Positions 1-12,842 of a stretch of DNA of 64,000 bases are shown in pieces. Every line of letters starts with the position of its first letter. The first letter of the stretch is position 1. The position numbers and the translations under genes were made by a program. Under the pieces are notes generated by a model. The model saw only the letters and a list, made by a program, of their open reading frames with translations, made no database searches and was not told the origin of the DNA. The DNA comes from Epiperipatus broadwayi (lineage: Eukaryota > Animalia > Onychophora), in assembly GCA_028023455.1 (NCBI GenBank), contig JAQFVV010000001.1, positions 5,394,001 through 5,458,000 of the forward strand, in the 5' to 3' direction.

Positions 1-2033
1 TTGTAGTCTATAAAATTTTTAATCCATTTTCGATAAAATGACATGATTGCCAAGTTTATTATATACAAAAAAAAAACATGTATATACTCAGACAATCATG
101 GCCTACTGCTCTATAACATAAATTGGGACTAAACATAAAATTATAAACATCTTATATTAACATAAACTACAAAGATAGATTTACAAAAATTAAGTACTAA
201 ATTAGTAGAGACAAAATATATAAGTATGTTACCAACATTTTTCCATGGTAAAAAGTTCAAAATGCCAATTACTTATGATGCAGAGGTCCAGAGTTTGAAA
301 CTTGGCACATAACTTCTCTAGAGATTATAGTTTTTTTATTTAGGAATTCCTTTTTGTATAATTTTCTTAAAGCTTTTAACTTATGGCACATCTTATTTGC
401 TAAGCAGGATACTTTGAAAATACCTTATATGTTGAGCAAATTTTAGTTTGCAGAAAGCTGGTCATTAATTCAGGTAATAATTTGGAAGACACATTATATA
501 GTCTTAACTTGGGCATCTAAGTAAAATTGCTAAGGTAAGTATTTCTTTAAATGATACATTAATGACTGGTTTTCTTAATAACAATGGCACGGATGGATTT
601 CCTGCTGGAATACCACTGCACACAACTGGGGATGATTGATTAGAGTATATCAATTACTTTTACCCCTTCATTCCTGGCATTTCTCTTCTGATTTTTCTTG
701 TAATGCTTTAGAGGTGAGTGATTTGAAGAGCTGGTTTGAAGATCCTTAAACACATATTACTAAGCTTATATACTAAATGTAAACAAAAAGTTTCCAGGTT
801 ATTATTTAATTTAACTGTTCTAGAAATTTCACTGATTAAAATTATTAATTAAAAAAAAAAATTGTTTTTGTTGATAATGAAACAATCCGTCTATCTAAAT
901 CCATTACTGAATTTCTTGTTTTTACTAAGATTTCTTATTTTATTAATTGAATCTATTCTCTTTTTTTCTGGACATCTGTTGTTTATTTGTTGCTTCAATA
1001 ATTATTAAGTAGTTTTATAAACTTTTACCTAATTAAAACTTTTTATTAAAAACATAAATAAATTAAAACCAAAGACAGTTTTTTTCGTAGTTTAGAATAA
1101 AACAAAAAGAATATTTTTCTTTTAGTAAAATATAGATTTTTTAATGCAAGTTTAAATATTTGGTGGACGAACTTCACTAATTATTTACCTATCTCAAAAT
1201 AAAATATAACTATTTTTTTCTAAAGAAAATGTTTTTTAAACAAATACAATTTTCTTTATACCTGTGGTTTATTAAATATATATATATTATACCTAATAAT
1301 TAAAACTAAAGTGAATATAATTTATATGTTAGAACATAGTTTACATGACTCCACACCCATATACATACAACAAATAACAAAGCTAATATACGTAGGCACA
1401 CACATGAAATTTCACTACAGTGTTCTCTAATTACATTTTTCGTAGACATAAATAGCTATAAAATTAGTACAATAAATCATGGAAATTTTTTTAAAAATGT
1501 GTATAAAAAAGGGAATGCATGTTATATGCTGCTGCATCTTATATGCCAGTAAATATAAGTATAAATTACATTTGATAATGAAAATAAAAAATAATTAAAA
1601 CTATAATGAAAGATAGAAAACCATTTCCTTTGTCCTTGCTACTTATACACTCAGTATTGGTCATATAACTTGATTTTAAAATCCTTTTTAAAGTAATAAA
1701 TGAGATATATACAAAAGATTCAACTATTTAAATATATATATATTATTTGTAATTCCTTTTTCTCATATAGAATTATGATATGTTTCTTGTCAAAGTATTA
1801 TAATTTTGCCATAGACTTTTCTTTAATGATCCAATTTCTAGTACTATAAAAAAAATTAAAAACATATTTTTTATGTAGTGATAATAATATCTGAGATCCA
1901 TTAATTTTCTGATTTTTATATTTATTTAAGGTCACCTTTGCATAAAAACTTTCAGTTATTATTTACATTTTTTTAATGCCATTTGTCTTTGTATTGATGT
2001 TTAAACATTGTAGTTTATTTATTTTTTATTCAG

Positions 2034-2120
2034 GCATTAGATATTGAGAATAATCATCCTAAGGCCCTCTATAGGAGAGGACAAGCATTTCATGGGAAAC
2101 GAGATTATGATAGAAGTTTA
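2034..2120 (+). CDS. PPID: Cyclophilin-40 / peptidyl-prolyl isomerase D-like gene, TPR-region internal exon (ALDIENNHPKALYRRGQAFHGKRDYDRSL)
   Basis: Pyrimidine tract and CAG acceptor at 2031-2033; GTAAGT donor at 2121; 87 nt, phase 0/0. The peptide matches the PPID third TPR (human-type ALELDPSNTKALYRRAQG..KEYDQAL). Upstream exons lie outside the window. Confidence 0.9.
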
Positions 2121-2217
2121 GTAAGTTTGTTTCATTAAAGTTGATTTTTTTAAAATTATTAATCATTTCTAATAGTATAAGAAAGTTTCTAAGGATATTG
2201 TTCTTTATTTTATTCAG

Positions 2218-2260
2218 GCTGATTTACAAGCAGCTCTCAAAATAGCCCCAGCTGATAAAG
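2218..2260 (+). CDS. PPID: PPID-like penultimate exon (ADLQAALKIAPADK)
   Basis: TTCAG acceptor and AG|GTAAAC donor at 2261. It continues in frame from the previous exon and ends in phase 1. It matches the PPID ADLKKAQGIAPEDK segment. Confidence 0.9.
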
Positions 2261-2569
2261 GTAAACATTTAAAAAAGTGATTATTCTTTTTTATATTATT
2301 TTTTGTTTTATACTTTATACTACTACTATTAATTCATATTATTTTTAATGCATGTTTATATTAAAGATTATTGTATAAAATTTGATATAATTATCAGATT
2401 GGGAGATTTAGAGGCTGATAATTAGTTTGTCATAGGGTTCATTTGGAAATTTGAATTCTTAGTAAAAAAAGCTTTCTTATTTTTCAATTCGGTGGATTTT
2501 TTAAAATAATGTTTATTTACAATATTATTTTAATTGCTTTTATATATAATTAAATGAATAGTAGCTCAG

Positions 2570-3306
2570 TGCTATGTCTAGTTGATTTAAGAGTGTACTT
2601 CCCATGAATACAAATCAATACTAACAGTTAATATTTTAGTAATTCTTTCCTTACGATCCTTAATAGCTTTACATATATATAATCATTTACATTTTAAAGC
2701 CCGAAGGCATACACAAATAAAAATTAAGATCAATACGACCTTTAAGTGTCTTAACTGACTGTTCTCACATTTGGAGGTTAGCTCTCTGCACTTGAAGTCA
2801 CTGTACATGGGAGATGATCTGCACCAACATATATGTCCATGTGCACAGATGAAGCTTCAAGGATTAAGTGACTTTCTTCTTTTTCCGATTAGTACTAAAG
2901 GCAGTTCATTGTCTCTGAATCCCTGCAAATGATTGGTTAGTCTTCTGCCCATCCGATCAGGTGATTCTTCCTTTCTATGTTCCATCGGAATTTTAGTATT
3001 ATCTTTCTGCCTTTTTAATTAATCAGTTATTTGTAGATTTTCGTTATCTTAAAAAGAAATAAGTCGAATTCCTTAATTTGTTTCATTTGAATAACGACTT
3101 ATTCTACTCTTATTGATTAGTCTATTGTTCATTTTAGAAATTAATCTTTTTCTAATCTAAAGACTATAATTTTTAATTTCTACTTTAAAAGAATAAATCT
3201 TTTCAAGTTCTGTAATATATTTAACTTATTACTTTTCTCTTTATAAGTTTTTACAATTATATATATCTATATATGTATGTGCATTTAAACATACACATAC
3301 ATATCA
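2570..3306 (-). repeat. 3' LTR of the Gypsy element (737 bp, TG...CA)
   Basis: Aligns with 5125-5808, is bounded by TG/CA and lies next to the polypurine tract. Confidence 0.8.
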
Positions 3307-5112
3307 TTACTTCCTCCAAGTTCAGAGATGAGGTTTTAATTTCTGAACTTAATATGAGATATTAGACAACATGGAGTTCTTTAACTTTTTCGTAGAACGC
3401 TGATGTGCATTATGTTTTAACTCACTAGGTGCAAACTCTGGGGATATAGTTGTTGGAGTATCATCATAATTATTTTTATGTTCCCTCAGGTCTACTCTAA
3501 TATCTGGCCACCAGACACAACTAACCTCTAGGGCTTTTCCTCTGCCGATGTCTCGTTGACTATTCTACAGCCACTTTATTATGTGCTGTCTATCCTTGAC
3601 TGGAATCAGGGTACAATCACCTTTCATAATGCAATCTTTGCATACCGACATTTGTTCCGGGCGTTTCACAGTTCTTTGTGAAGGAAAGTGGGACATTGCT
3701 TCAGCCAGCCTTCACAAATATGCTTCCTAATCCATTTGTAGCCGTTGTCCAATGAGCTACCCTTTGTTTTTTACTCTTGCTTTTAGTACGCTTTTGTAGT
3801 TTGTTTATTCTTCTCCTGGTCATTCTAGATCTTCTCAGACCTATTTTTGATACCTACTGGCTGCTGGAAAGGTTTTTTGTCTTTGAGTATCTATTTTTTT
3901 TAGAGAATAATATTTTAATTCCCATTTTGCTTAACCAGTCTCGACCTAGTATAGGGTTTATGGGACATGTACTGTGTATAGTGATAGTACAATAATTTTG
4001 CTCTGACTTATATGCATCAGCGCTTGAACAACTCCCTTTATTCTAATGGCCTTACCATTTATACCACGTGCCTTTAGACCAGTCTTTTGTATAATGGTTC
4101 TTTTTTTAATCTTTGAAGTCACAGTATACCACTCATAGACTGACATCAATGATAACTCGCTGCCACTGCCACTGTCAACCTCTGTGGAGATAGGTTGATT
4201 ACATATTTTAATTTTGACTGTTATACTATTCTTCTCGGTTGTTGCCATCTTTTTAATATTAGTCAAGTGCTTTTCTCGACTTTTTGTTGTATGATTACTA
4301 TTATTAGTATCATTTCTGTCTACACTGAAGTCTTTTTTTTGCACATTTTTTCCAAATGCCCTCTTTTCTTACACTTATTATAGTGCTCTCTTTTATAATA
4401 GCAATTGCTGGCTTTGTGGCCCTTTTTCATACAGCAGAAATATATAAACATCTGTTTGCGATTTGCTGTTATTTTTCATACAGCAGAAATATATAAACAT
4501 CTGTTTGCGATTTGCTGTTACTTTTGAACTCGGGCAAATTTACGAGATGGTTCAATCACGAGTTCATAAGCTATTCCACTTTTTATAGCTTCAGTGTAAT
4601 CTAAATCGCTTACTGCCAACAGCTGTTGCCGTAAATTATCATTGCACATACCAGTAAGCAATTGTTATAGCAGGGCTTCATCTAGGAAAGATCCATAGAC
4701 ACAATTCTCTGCTAAATTACATAGAGCACTATTGTAATCTTTTATACTTTCATCCCAATCTTGGTTCCTGGCTCAGAATTGCATCTAGTGACATGCCTCG
4801 AGAGCTGGGGATTAAAATGGTTTGCCAAACGCTCTTTAATCTGATCATAGGTACAATCTTCAGGAGTTAAGAGATTTCAGTGGGTCTGTTGGCTATCTCA
4901 ATAACTTCTTTCTCTACAAAGCATAATAATGAAGCAATCTTATACTTATCATCTTTAACTTTATTAATGAATAAGTGTTTTTCTATATGTTGGATGTACA
5001 GGGGCCAACTACTTGTCTCGCTGACATCAAATTCACCGATTGCTACTTGCATTGCCTAGTCTTTTATCTAAAGTTAACTCTTCTTTTAATTAATGGTTTG
5101 ATTTAAGACTGT

Positions 5113-5122
5113 GACTGCGCCA
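5113..5122 (-). promoter_or_regulatory. Primer-binding site (TGGCGCAGTC, tRNA-Ser type)
   Basis: The minus strand reads LTR...CA-AT-TGGCGCAGTC. This is complementary to a tRNA 3' end ...GACTGCGCCA, as in 17.6/297-type PBSs. Confidence 0.7.
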
Positions 5123-5124
5123 AT

Positions 5125-5808
5125 TGCTATGTCTAGCTGATTTAAATACGTTCCACAAGTACAAATCAATACTAACAGTTAATATTTAAGTAATTCTTTC
5201 CTTACAATCCTTAATAGCGTTTAATTATTTACATATACATAATCATTTATATTATAAAGCCCGAAGGCATACACAAATAATAATTAAGATCAATATGACC
5301 TCTACGTGTCCTAGCTAACTGTTGTCACGTTTGGAGGTCAGCTCTCCACACTTGAAGTCACCTGCTCCAACATATGTGTCCAAACGCACAGATGAAACTC
5401 CAAAGATTAAGTGACTCTCTTCTTCCGATTAGTATTAAAGGCGGTTCATTGTCTCTGAATCCCTGCAAATGATTGGTTAGTCCTCTGCCCATCTGTTAAG
5501 GTGATTCTTCCTTTCCATGTTCCATTGGAATTTTATTATTATCTTTTTTTCTGCCTTTTTAATTAATCAGTTAATTGTAGATTTTCGTTATCTTAAAATA
5601 AGTCTAATTTCTTAATATGTTTCATTTGAATAACAACTTATTCTACTCTTATTGTTTAATCTATTGTTCATTTTAGAAATTAATCTTTTTCTAATCTAAA
5701 AACTATAATTTTTAATTTCTACTTTAAAAGAATAAATCTTTTCAAGTTCTGTAATATTTTTAACTTATTATTTTGCTTTCTATAAGTTTTTACAATTATA
5801 TATATCTG
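5125..5808 (-). repeat. 5' LTR of the Gypsy element (outer ~38 bp missing)
   Basis: Aligns with 2570-~3268. The PBS sits 2 nt from its inner end. The outer end is replaced by a duplicate of the left flank. Confidence 0.8.
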
Positions 5809-7211
5809 TATTTTTTAGTTTGATGGGTTTTTTTAAAATAAAGTTTATTTACAATATTATTATTTGCTTATTATATATAATTAAATGAATAGTAGCTCAG
5901 GAAGCATATGACATAGAGTATTTTAATGGCATGTGGTGCATTATAGTTAATCATTCATTTATTAGAGCTGAGATTTTTTTTATTAATGTTACTAAAGTGG
6001 GAATTGATCCTGGAATGTTTAGCTACACTCTGCCATTCTATTACAATGCTAAACCATATAGGAGCAAATATATGTACAGACATTTCTCTCTTTATGTAAA
6101 TAATTCCTACCACATACAAAATTGAAAGATTAAAATGTTGTAATATATATATATATCAATAGCTCTTAGTTTTTGTTTGCCTTTTAGTTTGTGATTGCGT
6201 TTGTTAAAAATATTTTCATATAGTACATTGTGGCTAATGATAAGCATGCATTTGAAGAAAAAATTATACTTATAAAGTTATTTTAAGCAAAAGTCACTGA
6301 ATTATTACTTGGGTACTTAGAGGACTGCTATAATTATTATGTATGATCATTATTGTATTTATCATTGAAGCTCACTGAAATAATTGAAGTGATTTAATTC
6401 ATTTGAATTTCATAATATTTTTTGAATAAAAATATCTGAATGGTATTTTTTAATGTAAAAAGTTTTTAATTTATATTTGATAAGTTTTTGAACTTATTTT
6501 ATGATTACAAAAATTTAGCATTCCAACAAGCATCCTGCTTTTCTTGTTGAATGTTTTATTTTAGTAGACCATCCCAAACTTAATTTCTTTTTTTACTGGT
6601 GCTTTTTAGCGATAATTAAAATTTTTTTTTTTTTATGATGTAAAAATTATTTAAAAATTACTCATGTATATATAAATTCATAAATACTCAATATGAAATA
6701 AACATTTAAATATTAAAATTGGCAGCTAATAAATGTGAGATTTATTTACCAATATATTAACAAATGGCTGCATAAAGGAGTTTGCTATTAACTGAAAGGA
6801 GACCCTTTGATTCCTCTTGGAGGCCTTAAAGGAACCGAGCAGGCAAATTTCTAATGTCCACTCCATACGTTCTTGTCATTGCAGTTATTATTACTTTGTG
6901 ATTATTCATATAGTATTGAAGCAGTCGATGTCTAATCATCATCGAGCTTCATGCTTCACCATCTACATTAACCTCCTGTGAGGTCGGCAATTTAGACCTT
7001 GCTATAAATATATGCTATTCACTCACACACTGTATGCTGAATCATTAGAAAGATTGGTAAACTTAATTTTGTTTAGTAAAAATGAAACAGTAGTCTGTGT
7101 GATGCGTATATATATATTATGACTAAAGCAATAATTTTATTGCTATGTTTATTGCTGGAAAATACATTTGCGTATATATTTGTAATTATTTTTATATCTG
7201 TGTATATTTAA

Positions 7212-9395
7212 TGTGACAACAAAGAAAATGAGGAAGGTTCGAAATACTGAAATAATCTTTATTTAAATTCAGCTTGTTGCCTTTAATTAAAATCGTCAAT
7301 CGCAATTAAGATCGAAAACAAATCGTTTATCAGTTGTTGTCAAATGATTTAAAATAGCTAAAAATGGTATTTCGAGCATTATCTGTATAAAAACATATTG
7401 TTAATTAAGTGTTGTTTGTAAGGGGATTATAGAGATTGTGTATAAAAGGAGCCCATAAGACCTTTTTAGAGGGAGTCGGTTATTTTCACTTGATTAATTA
7501 GTTGCTTTCACTTGTGGAGGTCAGTCGGTTATTTTCACTTGATAAGTTAGTTACTTGATAAATTAGTTAGTTACTTTCGCTTGATCAGTTGGTTACTTTT
7601 ACGTTCCTGATTCAAAAGTGTTGCCAGACCATCATTTAAGAAGTCAAGAGAAGTTTAGTGCAATGGAGCGTGAGTAGTGGAGCCATCCGCCTTTCTTTTT
7701 CCTCTCGAAGGACTGTCTACCAGCCGTCAAATTCCATCTTACTGGACATATGAGATAACATAGAATTGCCAACCTGCCTGCCCGCCATGCTGATATTTTA
7801 GGTAAAATCATGTAATTTAGAGCTGCCTTAATACGAACATTCATGGATGAGTTATAATTTGTAGCTAAATTAATTCATAGATCCATTTATGATGTTTTGC
7901 TAGTTTTTCTCGTAAACTCTCTCTCTATAATCCTTTATTAATACTTATGTAATTCTAAATATACGTTGCTTTCACGCTTCATTTATGTTTATATAACTTT
8001 ATGCAGCTCAATTAAATGTATACAACTTATTTTGTTTAATATATATATTATTTTCTCTAATATGTCGGTATCAATCAATCTCGCGACTTTAATTAAATTC
8101 ATTAGTAAAATTATATTCATTTGTTTATTTAAAATAGAAATCGTTCGCTAGGTTGGTTGTATACCTAAAAGTATTTTATTGTGGATGCTTATTTTGTTTT
8201 GTTGTTTAAATGCCTTTATAAAAGATTGCGACACCTAATATAAAATTCTACCTTTTCTTACCATTGCCCGGAGGGCTAATTCTTTAATACGTATATGGGA
8301 ATCGAATTTAAATATAAATTTTATTAGCTTAATAATATAAATAAAAGTTAGTATTCATTATGATTTGTTAAATGACTCAGAATTGAAAGCAGATTATTGC
8401 GCAAGAGGTTAGATCCTTTTCAAAGTTTAAGTAATAATATAAAATTATATAAACGTTGCTGGCATACCTTTTCTTTATTCTGATATTTTATCTTTTTTAT
8501 TTCTCGATTGTTTTGTCATTAGGGACGAGTCTGAAGCTCCCGTCCTACTTTTCAAAATCGTTCGTAATCAGGGACAATACTTCCTGTGGAACGTAAAGTT
8601 TATGAGGTTTATGTGCTGTGAATGGCAGCGTATCCAGATCTGGGCTCTCAAACCCAGCCTCTCCTGCGATTTCGCTCCGCCAGAATGTGCGGACATATCC
8701 AATCTAAGTTTGTTTCAAAGTATTCTTTTAAAATGGTAAAATATCCACAATCGCCATGAGGCCTTATTTCATCATTGTATGCTAATACCGTTACTCTGCT
8801 CTTTAATTTGATCACCGTTCGCCTAACTTTAGTAAGTTGCAAGGATGTATTAAAGATAATGATTCATTTCGTAAAAATACATTTAGTTCATTGAGTTAAG
8901 CTGCTTTCTTTTAAAAACCGTTATTGATTCCCATAGACGTAAATCTAATTTATATTAATGATTGCATAACTAACTCTAGTAAATGAAGCGCATTGTCTGT
9001 TTCTTATTTCTAAAAGACGTCTTTGCCAAACAATACGAATAAAAGTATAAATAATGTTTCTCCTAAGAAATGCATGATTGAAATCATATATTTTGCCCGT
9101 TATCAAATAAATCATTTACTGTTAAAACTGTCACGATCTTTTATATTTATTTTCGGCATTCACAACGTTCATAGCAAAAGTTTTCTTGTATTAGCTTATT
9201 AACTCCGCACAAGTTATAAAACACTATAAAACTGTATCTGTAAAATTATATTTATTAAATGAGTGATAGAGGGGATTTTATACAACAAATTCCCAAGTCT
9301 TGTAAATAAACAATATTGTCCCAAGCGGGAAACTAGTTGGTAAAATATACATACGTTTCCTTAATCTTTTGTAATATATGTATGCGTTTTCTACA
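7212..9395. mobile_element. Unclassified LTR-like insertion (possible solo LTR 7212-7634, or a longer element to ~9395)
   Basis: Relatively CpG-rich block starting TGTGAC, with TATAAAAG at ~7441 followed by short internal repeats. TTTAA flanks both 7212 and 7634 (TG...CA), a possible 5-bp TSD. An alternative end is ...CTACA at 9395, followed by TTTAT. Confidence 0.35.
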
Positions 9396-9507
9396 TTTAT
9401 TAAATATATATATAATTTCATGTAAATCCTGGTTTGTTGTTTTGAATTAATTTCTAGTTAATATTTAAAACTATTTTCTTTAGCTAGGAGCCTAGCATTA
9501 ATAAATA

Positions 9508-12500
9508 ACTATAATAAGTGTAATTCCTGGGCTACTCCAATCTCGATCATCATCATCAGTCTGATCTTATGCTCTACCGCTTTGCTTCTGGGCACAGATT
9601 TAAAATAATTTTACTGTGTCATCAGGATTGTTGTTCATTGGGTCAGAGATTCAAAGAATAGGCAAATAGGTTAGAATTCAGGATTGCTCCAGACCTGCGT
9701 GTCTCGAGCATGATCGGATTTGAGGTACTTTTGCTTAGGATTTGAATCTTGTTAAGTGAGCATATTATTTTGACTGGTACAGTATACAAACATGGATGGG
9801 CTGCTCACCAACACATATTGGCCAGCGTGATGAGTTTATTGGCTTTTTACCTCCGAGTTTAAGAATATTTTTTCCAATATATACAATCATGACAGACAAA
9901 AATAAATCATGGCCCTTATTCCCAGGAGGCTGTAAAGTCATCAACCAAGGCAGTGATTGGTGCCGACGGCGGAGGGTGCTAACAATCCCCTGATTGTGGA
10001 CTCAGGCTGCCATTTGATGACGACTTTTTATTTAGGTATTTATAACTGCAGATCACTTTCAAGTGAAGGAATATTGCAAGAGTTAGAAGAAGGATTGTCT
10101 TATATTAAATGGGACATTATTGGACTTTGTGAAGTTAGAAGAAAAGGTGAAGAAACAATTGATTTAAAAAGTGGACATATACTCTACTATAAAGGCACAA
10201 ATATTGGAAATACAAGTGGAGTAGGATTCATTATAAATAAAAAATGGAAGAATAATATTGTGAAGATTGATGGTGTATCAGACAGAGTGGCAAGATTAGT
10301 TTTACAACTTAATAGCAGATACCAAATGCAGATAATTCAGGTTTATGCCCCAACAAGTTTTCGTAGTGATGAAGTTATAGAAGATTTTTATATGGATGTA
10401 CAAAAGGCTTTTGATCAGAGTAAACAACATTTTAAAATTGTTATGGGAGACTTTAATGCTAGAATTGGTAAACAAATGAAAGATGAAAATGCTGTAGGTA
10501 ATTTTGGTTATGGTAATAGAAATGAGAGAGGACATAGACTTGTGGAGTTTGCAGAAAAATAAAAACTTTATATTATGAATTCTTTTTTTGAGAAAAATGT
10601 TAAAAGGAAATGGACATGGAAGCATCCAAATGAAAGTACAGCAGAATTGGATTATATTTTGACTAACAGAAAATACATATTTCAAGATTGTAATGTTCTT
10701 AATAAATTTAACACAGGAAGTGATCATCGATTAGTAAGATGTAAGATACATGTTAATGCAAAACTAGAGAGACAAAAATTATTAAGAAAAACAATATTTA
10801 CAGTTGATATTCCTAATCTTCAGAAACATTCTAATGAATTTAAATTAGAACTTACAAATCGGTTTCAAATATTAGTAGATTTTGAACATGATTCAGATTT
10901 GAATGACATTAATAGGAAAATAACTGATACACTTTTAAAAACTGCAACAAAGATAGCTGGTAGAAAAAAGCAGCAATTGACCAATAAAATTTCTACTGAG
11001 ACTAGAGAATTTATGAAGAAAAGAAGGAATATGAGAATATACAACAATGATGCATTAAAAAAGATTGAATATCTTGAATTTTGTAAAATGGTGCGGAAAA
11101 AAGTTGAAAATGATATAAGAAAGTATAATTGTGAACTAGCAAGGAAAGCTGTAGAAGAGAATAAAAGTTTAAAGAGTGTATAACAACATTTTGGTATTGG
11201 TAGGAAATTTATATCTGCAATAAGAAAAAAAGGTGGCATTATTACTATAAAGAGAGATGACATCATGAAATGTGTAGAAGACTTCTATCAAGAATTATAT
11301 AGTAATAAAGAACAAGTGTCTCCTATACCTATTATATCTTCTGAATTGCCAAGAATTTTGAATGAGGAAGTGAGACATGCAATTAAATATATGAAGAAAG
11401 GGAAGGCTCCAGGTAATGATGGAATTATAATTGATATATTAAAAGAAGCAGGTGAAGAAATAGAAATTTTTTTAGCAAAGTTATATACCAAATGTCTAAA
11501 TGATAAAGATGTACCAGATGATTGGAAGAATGCAGTATTAATATTAATATTTAAAAAAGGTGATAAAGAAGATATTAGAAATTACAGACCTATCAGTTTT
11601 ATACAAAATTTTTACTAAGATAATTACAACTCGTCTACAGAAAACACTGGATTTCCACCAACCAAGAGAACAAGCTGGATTTAAAAGTGGTTTTAGTACA
11701 GTAGATCATATCCAGGTATTGAGAGAAATTATAGAAAGGACAAATGAATATGAGTTGCCATTATGCTTAGGATTTGTAGACTATGAAAAGGCATTTGATT
11801 CTATAAACATTTCTTCAGTGATTAAAGCATTGGATCATCAAGGTGTAGATCCAGGATATTGTCATATTTTAAAGAATATTTATAAAAATGCAACAGCAAC
11901 AATTAGATTACATAATGATAGTAGGAAAATCAACATTGAAAAGGGTGTAAGACAGGGTGACTCCATATCTCCAAAACTTTTTACAGCAGTGCTGCAAGAA
12001 GTATTTTGTGGATTAAAATGGGAAGCTAAAGGAGTGAAAGTAAATGGAGATTATTTAAGTCATTTAGATTTTGTAGATGATGTAGTTGTTTTTGCAAATA
12101 ATGCTTTAGAGCTGCAGGAAATGTTGCAGGAGTTATCAGATGAAAGTAGGACTAAAGATAAATGTTAAAAAGACTAAAGTAATGTTTAATGGATTTTCTC
12201 AAAATATGAAAATAAAGATTGATTATGATGAGTTAGAAGAAGTTAACAGTTACAAATACCTTGGTCAGATTATTAATACAGATGGAAATATAATGGATGA
12301 AATTAATCATAGAATTAAACTTGGTTGGAGTGCTTTTGGTAGAAATAACTTGATACTAAAAGGAAATATGCCTATGAGTTTGAAAAGGAAGGTTTTTAAT
12401 AAATGTGTTTTGCCAGTTCTTACTTATGGATCTGAGACTTGGACACTTAATAGAAGAGCAATACAGAGACTTCAGACCACTCAAAGAAGTATGGAGAGAT

Positions 12501-12842
12501 GCATGTTGGGAGTAACAAGAAGGGATCGAAAACGCAATGTATGGGTAAGAGAACAAACAGGTGTTACTGACCTCATTGAAAAAATTAAAAGACTGAAGTG
12601 GAGTTGGGCTGGACATATTGTTAGAAGAGTTGATAATAGATGGACAATTGAAATTTTAAACTGGATTCCAAGAGATTGTAAAAGACCCAGAAAGGGACCA
12701 CATGTGAGATGGATGGATGAAATAAGAAAGTGTGCAGGGGTGATGTGGAGAAGAGAAGCTAAAGATAGGAAAAGATGGATTGAACTTGGAGAGACCTTCA
12801 TCCTGCAGTGGATTGATAATGGTTGATGATGATAATGATGAT
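9508..12842 (+). mobile_element. RTE-clade non-LTR retrotransposon, near full-length, inactivated
   Basis: A single APE-RT frame broken into ORFs 9957-10562, 10575-11183, 11265-11618, 11560-12168 and 12140-12826. Motifs include YNCRSL, GDFNA, SDHRLV, YRPISL, KGVRQGDSISP, DFVDDVV and WAGHIVRR, followed by a (GAT)n tail at ~12825-12842. A tentative TSD (ATTAAYAAATA, 9497-9507 and 12843-12853) sets the 5' boundary. Confidence 0.92.
9957..12826 (+). pseudogene. Disrupted RTE endonuclease/reverse transcriptase ORF (2 premature stops, about 2 frameshifts)
   Basis: In-frame TAA at 10560-10562 and 11181-11183. Frame changes occur at ~11590-11600 and ~12145. Confidence 0.9.

Larger units (their letters stand above)
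2570..5808 (-). mobile_element. Internally deleted, non-autonomous Gypsy LTR retrotransposon (Mag-like gag), antisense in the PPID last intron
   Basis: Direct repeats at 2570-3306 and 5125-5808, both starting TGCTATGTCTAG. On the minus strand: PBS TGGCGCAGTC (5113-5122), gag N-terminus (IGEFD..W..Y...FINKVKDD), two CCHC knuckles (~4330-4440), protease (VDSG...PILGRDWL, ~3900-4250), integrase Zn region (EGW...VWWPDI, ~3480-3760) and PPT GGAGGAAGTAA (3307-3317). RT, RNase H and the integrase core are not seen. Confidence 0.85.

Noticed and set aside
477-540. Possible upstream PPID exon ending at the GTAAGT donor near 535
   Set aside because: Tested frames contain stops or do not resemble the expected PPID segment. 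The earlier exons lie outside the window.
9590-9626. Minus-strand CTGATGA followed by a CACAG/CTGTG stem in the RTE leader
   Set aside because: The stem is not followed by GAAA, so it is a plain hairpin.
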